64,000 bases of DNA from an uncultured Candidatus Saccharibacteria bacterium (GTDB lineage Bacteria; Patescibacteriota; Saccharimonadia; Saccharimonadales; UBA7683). This document shows positions 1 through 8,517 of the stretch, in pieces. Every line of letters begins with the position of its first letter. Position 1 is the stretch's first letter. Where the stretch lies: NCBI GenBank assembly GCA_964541305.1, contig CAZIPE010000001.1, forward strand, positions 12,138 to 76,137. Direction: 5' to 3'. The notes beneath the pieces were generated by a model. That model was given only the letters and a program-made list of their open reading frames with translations, did no database searches and was not told the origin of the DNA. Position numbers and translations under genes: made by a program.

Positions 1-519
1 ATGATCAAATGGGTTAATGAGATAAAACTTTTCTAGCGGAATCGTTCTGTTTTTCTCTTCATCTAGAATGTACTGAATCATAGAAAGCACCATGGCGTGA
101 GTGACGAGGATTGCCTGTGTATTTTGTATAGTGAGCTTATGTAGACCCCCTGTTACACGCTTCTTGAAATCGCTAAAATCTTCAATATCTGAGTTTATAA
201 AAACGTCGTGTGGCACATTCCTGTCCTGGTTGGTAAATTCACCAAAATCAAATTCATCAAATTCTGGAATAGAGATAACCTCACTGGGTTTGGCAATTAA
301 TCGGGTGTTTATTATCTCGGCGGTGTCTATGGAGCGATCCAGGGATGAGGCGTAAATCCTACCAAATTCCAATCCTTTCTCTTTTAAGTCTCGAGATATT
401 TCGTGTGCGTACGAAATCCCACTAGGGGTAAGTTGTGTGTTTACGTGTCGGCCAGCAAAAACATTGCGACGATTTGACTCACTTTCGCCGTGTCTCATAA
501 AGTACACTTGTGCGCTCAT
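1..519 (-). CDS. Histidine phosphatase (phosphoglycerate mutase-like) family protein, runs off the window start; missing from the ORF track
   Basis: Manual translation from ATG at 519: MSAQVYFMRHGESESNRRNVFAG...IYASSLDRSIDTAE...ILVTHAMV. Has the RHG motif, SSL.R motif and second His. ATGA overlap with the stop of 516..1223. Confidence 0.85.
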   Translation of the reverse strand, partial: MSAQVYFMRHGESESNRRNVFAGRHVNTQLTPSGISYAHEISRDLKEKGLEFGRIYASSLDRSIDTAEIINTRLIAKPSEVISIPEFDEFDFGEFTNQDRNVPHDVFINSDIEDFSDFKKRVTGGLHKLTIQNTQAILVTHAMVLSMIQYILDEEKNRTIPLEKFYLINPFDH

Positions 520-1223
520 AACAAGCCCCTACTCCGCATTCCGTCGTATAAGTTCCCGACTACATCTTCGGCACTTGAATTGGCGTTTATGACTAAAACC
601 CTATCTTTTAATTCTGGTGGGGGCTGTAAGGCGACTTTGTAGAAATCGTCGTAGTACTTCAGGATTATATCTTTATTAAACGCTTTCTTCGAATCGGGCG
701 AATCACGTGTTTCATTGCGTATGAATAGCTGTTCTACTGAGCAGTGCAATATGAATACTAAGTCTGGGATGACTTTAGACCTATCGTATCTCATTGAACC
801 CGGCATGATGTCTGAGAGTGTGGTCCCGGGTTCGTATCTATCGGCTACGAATAAACGAGAGATAACCCCACGATCCTGAAGCAATATAGCATCTGGATCT
901 GAAGATATTGCGGTTCTCAAATTTGCCGCTTCGTGGGCAAGGCGAAGACTTGCTATGGCAGCAACGCGTCTCTCAATATCCGGTGGTCTATCGCCCACAT
1001 GTTTACCGCGAAGTAGTGCTGAGTTTTTTTGCCACCAATCACTGGGTGGGTCCAGTGCGGTTGCCCCGAGGCCCGACCTGACTCCATCGCCACGGCAATA
1101 CGAAACATTTCTGCCTTCTTGGGACAATAGAGAACCTAATTCATAGATAGCAGTGGTTTTCCCAGCGTTATTTATGCCATCTATGGATATCATTGGCGCT
1201 AACTTAGTCATAACTAACCTCAT
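516..1223 (-). CDS. Thymidylate kinase-like P-loop nucleoside monophosphate kinase
   Basis: ISIDGINNAGKTT P-loop, LLQDRG (DR motif) and PDLVFILHCS match the dTMP kinase fold; divergent. Confidence 0.7.
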   Translation of the reverse strand: MRLVMTKLAPMISIDGINNAGKTTAIYELGSLLSQEGRNVSYCRGDGVRSGLGATALDPPSDWWQKNSALLRGKHVGDRPPDIERRVAAIASLRLAHEAANLRTAISSDPDAILLQDRGVISRLFVADRYEPGTTLSDIMPGSMRYDRSKVIPDLVFILHCSVEQLFIRNETRDSPDSKKAFNKDIILKYYDDFYKVALQPPPELKDRVLVINANSSAEDVVGNLYDGMRSRGLL

Positions 1224-2664
1224 TTCGTACTAAAAAGTTTTCACCATTTCTTCTCAAAAATGCCGACAAGTACGAAGCGTATAACAGGTTGGTGGTATTT
1301 CTATGAGAATTATAATCAGATCTTGCACTTATTTTCTCATTGCTTACGCATGAAAAGAAGTCTTGAAGACCATTATTCCTCGCCGACCGCATCATGTCTT
1401 CGGGTGCCTTACCAAGTTTATTGAATATTTGGTTAGAGCTAATATGTTCGTACTGCTTGAAAGCTGGGAATAGTGCGCTGTTCCTAAACACGTGGAGATC
1501 GAAATTACCGGACTCCCCTATACCTGTCCCCTCTAATTGTTCGTCGGCGGATGACTCGAGAGAAATAACTTTAACAGTTTGGAGAGGACCAGATATAAAA
1601 TTTAGTGATTCATGTCGCAATCGACCGTTGCCCTTATAAAGATCCCGGCCCTCTGCTGATGGCCAACTCCTTTGAGAAACTCCGTCATGATACATGCCGA
1701 TATTTCCTATAGCTATCTTTTTATTGTTATGATTCATGTAGCTAATCGATAGCTGAGCTGATATTTCTCCGAATTTATCAGCGGATTTGTCTTTAAAGTG
1801 CTCGTCTAAGTGTTTCCGATCTTGCTCTGAGAGTTGCTCTCCCAAGATTTCGTACTGACTATGTGAGGGAAATGCTTCTAGATAGTCCTCGGGGTAAACA
1901 AAGTTGGACACTAGATCAGTGCTAGTAATCTTTTTGCCCCAGCTACGTTCTAGCATCTCTTGGGCGGTGTCGATAGTATGGTATCCGGAATGGAGGCACT
2001 TACCATAGCCGCTATTATATGGATGATAATCTTGATAGATAATTTCTTTTGGTAGGCGCCACTGCCCATCGCTGTGTGAGGCTTCGAATGCAGTTATACC
2101 TACGCCGGATATGTCTACAATCTCGTCTACAAGCTGCCTAACTAAATCGAAGCCGTAGTGATAGCGTCTCTGGGCAAGCACGTTACAAACAAGATGAGGG
2201 TTTATTTTTCTAGCATTCGCGAGTGACTCGAACACTAGATCATAATCTCCTCTAATTGACTCTATCGCCTCGAGACTATTCTTGAGTTTGGTAGGCGCGG
2301 ATAAGGGCTTGTCTATCAACAGGTTAAACTGGTTGGCGAGAGCCCATCGAGCATACATAACATGTGTCTCGGGGTTTGTACTCACGATAATTTTGTCGGT
2401 CTTACATAGATCTGCAATTTCTCGTAAGTACTGGGAGGTTTTCGAGTCCAGTGTATTACCGGTGCCATCCTTTACGCTATATAAATCGAATCGCTCGAAC
2501 TCCAGTGGATACAGCTCTTCGACCAATTTCTTCAATCTGACTATTCGAGGTTCGAGATCGACGAGAACAATAGGGTCCTTGGAATTTTCGACTAAAAATG
2601 GCAGCAAATTTCTAACCGCATGGCGACCACAGCCAATTAACATGGTAGAACTATATTGTGACAT
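1204..2664 (-). CDS. Gfo/Idh/MocA-like NAD(P)-dependent oxidoreductase (long form)
   Basis: LIGCGRHA Rossmann motif, STNPETH, LIDKPLS (EKP-like), QRRYH, HSGYHTID. Start moved to ATG 2664, which has TATAAT 7 nt upstream. Confidence 0.75.
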   Translation of the reverse strand: MSQYSSTMLIGCGRHAVRNLLPFLVENSKDPIVLVDLEPRIVRLKKLVEELYPLEFERFDLYSVKDGTGNTLDSKTSQYLREIADLCKTDKIIVSTNPETHVMYARWALANQFNLLIDKPLSAPTKLKNSLEAIESIRGDYDLVFESLANARKINPHLVCNVLAQRRYHYGFDLVRQLVDEIVDISGVGITAFEASHSDGQWRLPKEIIYQDYHPYNSGYGKCLHSGYHTIDTAQEMLERSWGKKITSTDLVSNFVYPEDYLEAFPSHSQYEILGEQLSEQDRKHLDEHFKDKSADKFGEISAQLSISYMNHNNKKIAIGNIGMYHDGVSQRSWPSAEGRDLYKGNGRLRHESLNFISGPLQTVKVISLESSADEQLEGTGIGESGNFDLHVFRNSALFPAFKQYEHISSNQIFNKLGKAPEDMMRSARNNGLQDFFSCVSNEKISARSDYNSHRNTTNLLYASYLSAFLRRNGENFLVRNEVSYD

Positions 2665-2745
2665 TACGGCTATTATAATGTATAATATACTTACTAGCAA
2701 CAAGGATTACTACTTTGTTAGATATTTATCATACAACCGCGAGGA

Positions 2746-3549
2746 ATGAGTCGAAAAATGAACGCCACCAGAAACTTATTTATCTCCGAACAACGCCCAC
2801 ACGTTGGTGAGCTAGTTCATTCCACTTTTCATACAGTTGAGGCAGACTGCCCTGCCCTAGAGGACATCCTCGCGTTCAGTCCGCCGGTTCAATTCTCAAG
2901 AGCCATAGCGCTCGTTGCACAAAAAGATGAGACGGGTCAATTTGATCCTCGTCGTCTCACTATTGATGATGACGTGATGCGTTATAAAGAGTTTACCGGT
3001 TGGACTCGCGCAGATAGACAGGGATTTGAATATGGAGAATTGCTTTTGAAATACGGAAAATTTCTATGTGATCAGCTACAAGACTCCCTTACCGACGATG
3101 CATATCATGATCCAGGTTTTACATCAGCGCTCAGCATATTAGTTGAGCACACGCGTCGTTACGCACCATTAACCGACCAACCATTCGAAGATGATTACCT
3201 ACCCCTTTTCGCCGGTACAAATGATTTGAGTTCGAACATTGTCCCAAGTAAATTTGGACCACACATTGACTTTACTCATTCCAGCCCGAGCATTATTGGC
3301 TTTGCTGTCTCGGCTGGCAGTGTCGGCACTATACTGTGCCAAGGAGAGTTTTCTTTTGTTGACCCGACGAGTAGCAAAGAGGAGCTGAATAGTGCCGGTA
3401 ATGGATTAGAAAAAATGGATGCAACTCCTCTCAAGATACATTACGGCGACAGTAGGACATCACTGCATGAGGGACCAGAAATACCACATAATACGTGGCG
3501 GAATTTCGTTCGCTTCTTTATGGGGCCAGCTCATCCAAGACACCCATAA
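2746..3549 (+). CDS. Hypothetical protein, possible 2OG-Fe(II) oxygenase fold
   Basis: 267-aa ORF with GPHIDF (HxD), SLHEGP (distal His) and WRNFVRF (Arg) in DSBH-like order; fold call is inference. Confidence 0.5.
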   Translation: MSRKMNATRNLFISEQRPHVGELVHSTFHTVEADCPALEDILAFSPPVQFSRAIALVAQKDETGQFDPRRLTIDDDVMRYKEFTGWTRADRQGFEYGELLLKYGKFLCDQLQDSLTDDAYHDPGFTSALSILVEHTRRYAPLTDQPFEDDYLPLFAGTNDLSSNIVPSKFGPHIDFTHSSPSIIGFAVSAGSVGTILCQGEFSFVDPTSSKEELNSAGNGLEKMDATPLKIHYGDSRTSLHEGPEIPHNTWRNFVRFFMGPAHPRHP

Positions 3550-3603
3550 AGTCTATTATATTTTTTGTAAGTTAGATCAGACTAATGCTAGAATATCTAT
3601 ATA

Positions 3604-4125
3604 ATGAGTCTTTCACTTGTAATTCGCGATTCAGACGTAATACCTGGCTCAACTCCACAGTCCAACATTACGTATAGAGATCGTTTTGCGGCTCGAGCTG
3701 TGGTTCTCAACGATGAGGGTGAAGTATTACTCCTTCACGTATCCCTTCACAACTACCATAAACTACCTGGTGGTGGCATAGAGGCAGATGAAGATGCGCG
3801 GGATGCCTTACAACGCGAACTACTCGAGGAAATAGGCTGTACCGGTAAGATTATTGCTGAACTTGGTCAGGTTACGGAGTATCGGGATCAATTTAAATTG
3901 CATCAAATATCGTACTGTTTCTTGGTCTCAAAAATTGGAGAACAACAGACTCCTATGCTTGAACCCGATGAGAAAGCACAGGGATTCGTAGAGACTAAAG
4001 CAAAAAACCTTAAAGACGCGATTGCTCTGATGAAAAAAGACAATCCGGATAACTACGAGGGCAAGTTCATCACACGGCGAGATGTCGCTATTCTGAAAGC
4101 AGCTTATAAAAATAGACCGCAGTAG
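3604..4125 (+). CDS. NUDIX hydrolase
   Basis: Nudix box GGGIEADEDARDALQRELLEEIG. Confidence 0.92.
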   Translation: MSLSLVIRDSDVIPGSTPQSNITYRDRFAARAVVLNDEGEVLLLHVSLHNYHKLPGGGIEADEDARDALQRELLEEIGCTGKIIAELGQVTEYRDQFKLHQISYCFLVSKIGEQQTPMLEPDEKAQGFVETKAKNLKDAIALMKKDNPDNYEGKFITRRDVAILKAAYKNRPQ

Positions 4126-4417
4126 TTTATATAGTTTAAACAGTATTATTACACAAAAAATTTGGACCAAGGGGCTTGGCTTTATTGGTGCAGTCTAATC
4201 TATTAACAGATTTATTTTATAGATTACACGATGTTCCTGACGCATATCGATTTACTTAAAATTTCAGATCGTGACGCTCGGCCGAGTCAATGAATCGAGA
4301 CTCTACTAGTCTATTTTTTGCTCTAAGAAGTTTAATTATCGGGTTACGGTAGAGAATATTCGAAAAAAGCGGTATACTACACGTTGATACAATAACTAAT
4401 AGAGAGGTAAGACAGAT

Positions 4418-4609
4418 ATGGCTACAGGATACTGCGTTAAATGCAAAGAAAAAGGCGTTGAACTATCAGCACCAGAGATTCACCAAACAGCAAAAGGTGG
4501 CTTTATGGCTAAAGGCAAGCACGAGAAATGTGGAACAACCGTATGTGCAATGATGTCTAAAGATACTGCCGACAAAGCACTAGAAGACGGCGCGAAAAAA
4601 GCGTACTAA
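4418..4609 (+). CDS. Small zinc-ribbon protein (DUF5679-like)
   Basis: YCVKCK...KGKHEKCGTTV; SD-like GAGAGG upstream; TATACT -10 at ~4373. Confidence 0.75.
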   Translation: MATGYCVKCKEKGVELSAPEIHQTAKGGFMAKGKHEKCGTTVCAMMSKDTADKALEDGAKKAY

Positions 4610-4666
4610 ATACCTAATACACAATGATCTGAATTGCCGACGATTGATTCTAAGTAGTCGATGGTA

Positions 4667-6343
4667 CTACCGTGCTTTTAGACTTTCTCGGCGTTCTATG
4701 CCACGGAGTTCACGCTGAATTAATTCTTTAATTAAATCATTAATTACTGTTCCCCATTGTCTGCTTCTCACGTTTGCACGTGTAGATTCGTCTTCATGAG
4801 TAATTGACAGCATTAATCTTACTGCATCGACATTTTTGAGCCAAAAATTGTCATTAGGTGTAACTCTGCTACTTACAATGTGACTCATAGCCTCATCGGA
4901 AATATCAGTAATGAAGACATTTTTTAAATGACCAACCGTAATACCACCTCTCTCCAAAGCCCCATGATGTGCTATGGTTTTGATAATGGATCGAGTGCAT
5001 CCAGAAATAGAGCTTAACAACTCATGTTTAAGTCGTTCTTTGCGTTGAGCGTTTGTTTCATTTCGGTCATCGCGTGCTGAAGTATTATCACGAACTGTAT
5101 CAATAATAGGAACAGTGTCATCGTATCGGTGCGGTACATCGGAAGAGGCGGCGGCTGGGGTAGTCGTACCTGTTATTACTGACGGTTCTGGTAATGAGTC
5201 CTCAGAATCGTTATATATACGCATTGGTTCGAAATTATCTACATAATCATCTGTTTCGAAAGTGTTTTGATCTGAATAATCACCAACTTGATCTTTCCTG
5301 ATTGCTCTATATATACGATGTCGTCGAACAATAGCAGTGTGACCATTAGTCTTTTGCTCTAGGATTCTGCGCCAACCGTATTGTAGTATATGCCCTTCCT
5401 GATCAAGGATTTCAGAGAGCGCTTCACCGCGAACCTTGGGCCCTAATGTACTCGTTACTCGGCTACGTAAGTGATGTTCAGACAAATCAGCAATAACCTC
5501 TTTCGAATACAAGGCGCGTGCAATTTGGTCTACAGTAACCGTTTGTCCAGAATGCTCTGTCAAACAAAGTGCCGCATAGAGTGCAGCTTTAGGTTGGTCT
5601 ATGTGTCTTTCAGTAAATTTTTTAACTTCCCCATCCGGACAATCTATAGGTACGGGCTCAACTGGAAGTTCGTCCAGTACTGCAAAGATAGAACGATTCT
5701 GGTCCATTAAAGCTAGTGGTAATTCCCAGCTAACCGCTAGTTGACCAACTTTTTCGTCTAGAGAAACAGAATATACCTTAAGTTTTTCAAGTTCTTGACT
5801 GGCTTGATCCTCTTGATCCATTAAATCTATAACAGCATCTTCTAGGTCATTAATTTCTTGATTACTTACCAGCTTAATGCCGCGGGAATCCAATAACTCG
5901 ACTACCGCTTCAACCGATCTAGGAGCAAGCCGTTTCACGGTTGCTAAAAGTTCTTCTGTTTTCTGTCGATGTTTTTGCTGGATTAGTAGTTCCTCAAGAG
6001 CTGCTTCTTGCTCTTTTACAGTAGGCGCCAGTTCATTGACTCGAGCATCTGTTATTTCCAGACCCTTATCGATAGCGAGGCTCGCTTTACCCAGGCTTTT
6101 ATACAAAAGACTCGATTCAGGTGCTATAGCCAAAATATTGGCAAAACTCTCTTCTTGCTCTTCGGCTATACCAAAGTGCACAATATCAAGAATTTCAGGC
6201 TCATCTACGAGCAGAGTATTAGCTTCGTGATATCGAGCATTTTGATCTGCTATTTGCAGTGCAAGTCCATCAGCGTCCACAAGGGTAGCAGACCCGTCTT
6301 CTAGGCCTGCAAATAGCTGGCTTATTTGTTCACTATATTCCAT
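4667..6343 (-). CDS. Hypothetical protein with N-terminal coiled coil and possible winged-helix segment
   Basis: 558-aa ORF; Glu/Gln/Leu heptad region; LTEHSGQTVTVDQIARALYS resembles an OmpR-type wHTH (inference). Confidence 0.6.
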   Translation of the reverse strand: MEYSEQISQLFAGLEDGSATLVDADGLALQIADQNARYHEANTLLVDEPEILDIVHFGIAEEQEESFANILAIAPESSLLYKSLGKASLAIDKGLEITDARVNELAPTVKEQEAALEELLIQQKHRQKTEELLATVKRLAPRSVEAVVELLDSRGIKLVSNQEINDLEDAVIDLMDQEDQASQELEKLKVYSVSLDEKVGQLAVSWELPLALMDQNRSIFAVLDELPVEPVPIDCPDGEVKKFTERHIDQPKAALYAALCLTEHSGQTVTVDQIARALYSKEVIADLSEHHLRSRVTSTLGPKVRGEALSEILDQEGHILQYGWRRILEQKTNGHTAIVRRHRIYRAIRKDQVGDYSDQNTFETDDYVDNFEPMRIYNDSEDSLPEPSVITGTTTPAAASSDVPHRYDDTVPIIDTVRDNTSARDDRNETNAQRKERLKHELLSSISGCTRSIIKTIAHHGALERGGITVGHLKNVFITDISDEAMSHIVSSRVTPNDNFWLKNVDAVRLMLSITHEDESTRANVRSRQWGTVINDLIKELIQRELRGIERRESLKAR

Positions 6344-6407
6344 ATAAATTGTATTATACCAATAAATACCATAAATAGCAATAGTATTATCTATATATCC
6401 TTTTTAC

Positions 6408-7898
6408 TTATTTTTTACGTTTTTGAAAAATGGTGCCACTTGCTCGTCGAATTCTTTCGGCATCTTCGTGTGTAAAGTACGGAATATGACTTCCTTTTTT
6501 GGTTGGAAACTGTTCCGGTTCAATTTTTAAATAAATTGCCACTGATTTGAGCGCTGCAGGAGTCATATCTAGTTCACCCGCCAGCCTACTGAGTCTCGTT
6601 GCACCTAAAGGTACCGTCTGCCCTTCAAGATAGACTCCACTCGCAATTTTTTTAAGGAGAGGCAGTATCCGCTTTGCTTGCTCGGAAAAGTGAACGTAAC
6701 TCATGTCTATTTCAATAGTTTGGAGCAACTCTTCTTCTGGGTCGACCTTAGCGCCTGAGTCTCGCCATATTCTATCAACCATAAGTAGACGTTCGGCGTT
6801 ACCGACAAAGTCAAGTACCTGAACGCGCGATTTTGCACCAGTCTTACGTAGACCACGGCCTAGTTGCTGAAGGTATATTCGTTTTGATCCTGTTTGGCGT
6901 TTAAATACAATCTGTGTTGCCTCTGGCACGTCTATACCTTCGTTAAAGGCGTCAACTGCACAAATTGTACTAATGCCACTGCCGGTCTTAAACGAGTTGA
7001 GTAGACGTTTACGCTCAGTTCTTGTGAGTTCAGAGTGGTAGGCGGCAGAATTTTGGAAGTAGCCCGAAAAATTTTCAGCGTCTTCAATTGAACTACAGAA
7101 AATTATTCGCTTCACTTCTTTAAGATTCTCAGACTTCTCATGTATTATTTTGGCTATTTCATCGTCGCGTTTTGGTACAAATACTTTGCGGTCTAATTGC
7201 TCAAAAGGATATTCCTCGCCGTAATCATCGATAAGTCTGCGCTCTTCAATAACTTCGTCAGTGATAATGTGATAGTCCACGCTTGCAAGGAGTCTATTAC
7301 GTATTGCCTCCTCAAGTGTCATGCTGTACACTTCTTGGCCAAAAATATCTCGAATATCTTTAACATCCATTCGATCAGGAGTCGCAGTTACGCCGAGCAA
7401 GTGTTCAAAATCAAAGTATCTTAGAGTGGGCTCGTAAGTGTCGGCTTTCGCGTGATGTCCTTCATCAACTGTGCCAAATGTAAACTCATCTTTCAAAAAA
7501 GCAGGATGCCATTCGCGCATCACTTGAAATGATCCGAATAAAACAGATACTTCATCATAGTTTCGGCCATCGCCGCTAAATAGTCCGTATTCAAACTCTT
7601 CTCCAACTATGGATTCAAATCGTTCGTGGGCTTGATTAAGGATGTCATTGTTATCATTCAGAAATAAACCACGAGCAGACGGGTCTCTTAGGAGTCTACG
7701 GCGGGCATCAGCGGCCATCACGGTTGTCTTGCCTAGTCCTGGCGCCATAACGATAAGCGAGGAGGTATTACCTTGTTTTTCATTTTCGGCAATCGCATCA
7801 AGGGCTTCAATTTGATAGTCACGCACCTCTACTTCTGGCACACGATGATTAATTTCTCTCATCAATTCAATACTGGAGAGTTCTTTTGGGGTACTCAT
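6408..7898 (-). CDS. SF2 DEAD/DEAH-box helicase (ResIII-like)
   Basis: RDYQ, APGLGKT (Walker A), DEGHH (motif II), TATPDR, FNEGIDVP, QQLGRGLR. Confidence 0.9.
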   Translation of the reverse strand: MSTPKELSSIELMREINHRVPEVEVRDYQIEALDAIAENEKQGNTSSLIVMAPGLGKTTVMAADARRRLLRDPSARGLFLNDNNDILNQAHERFESIVGEEFEYGLFSGDGRNYDEVSVLFGSFQVMREWHPAFLKDEFTFGTVDEGHHAKADTYEPTLRYFDFEHLLGVTATPDRMDVKDIRDIFGQEVYSMTLEEAIRNRLLASVDYHIITDEVIEERRLIDDYGEEYPFEQLDRKVFVPKRDDEIAKIIHEKSENLKEVKRIIFCSSIEDAENFSGYFQNSAAYHSELTRTERKRLLNSFKTGSGISTICAVDAFNEGIDVPEATQIVFKRQTGSKRIYLQQLGRGLRKTGAKSRVQVLDFVGNAERLLMVDRIWRDSGAKVDPEEELLQTIEIDMSYVHFSEQAKRILPLLKKIASGVYLEGQTVPLGATRLSRLAGELDMTPAALKSVAIYLKIEPEQFPTKKGSHIPYFTHEDAERIRRASGTIFQKRKK

Positions 7899-8024
7899 AA
7901 TCTTCTAATTATACAACACAATACTCAAAAAAACAACATTCTGTTGCGGTTTATATCTCAGAGTAATTTGAGTAACTGCTAAGTATTTTCGTCTAAAGCT
8001 CATGTGATAAAGTATGTATTAGTC

Positions 8025-8420
8025 ATGAGCAATATAAAAATAGCGCTGATTGAAGACGATAAGGACATAGTAGATATGTATGTGACTCGTTTTCGAATTA
8101 CCGGTGGTTTTGAAGTAAAAGTTGCTAATGATGGAGCCCGTGGCTTAGAGCTTATTCACACTTTTCAACCCGACATCATTCTCCTGGACATGATGATGCC
8201 ACGTATGTCGGGCATAGAAACACTCACCCGTCTTCGAAAACTGCCCCACGGAGAAGACTATAAGGTCATCGCATTGACCAATATGAAAGATAATGATACA
8301 GTCAACAAAATTAAACTATTGCATGTCAGCGATTATCTCGTTAAAGCTGAACACTCTCCGGGCGCCATTGTTGAGAGAATCTATAGTATTGTCGGACAAA
8401 CTGCTGACGAAACAAAATAA
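8025..8420 (+). CDS. Single-domain response regulator (receiver)
   Basis: IEDD acidic pocket, LLDMMMP phospho-Asp, LTN and YLVK all conserved; start set to ATG 8025. Confidence 0.92.
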   Translation: MSNIKIALIEDDKDIVDMYVTRFRITGGFEVKVANDGARGLELIHTFQPDIILLDMMMPRMSGIETLTRLRKLPHGEDYKVIALTNMKDNDTVNKIKLLHVSDYLVKAEHSPGAIVERIYSIVGQTADETK

Positions 8421-8517
8421 CGAATAATACGGCAGGACGCCTAGGTCTATACTCCTTATCCTTTCTTTGCTACAATAGACTACAGTTACGAGGAGATAAT
8501 ACAAGGGGAATAAGGGT

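Noticed and set aside
101-355. 84-aa plus-strand ORF
   Set aside because: Antisense shadow of the histidine phosphatase on the minus strand.
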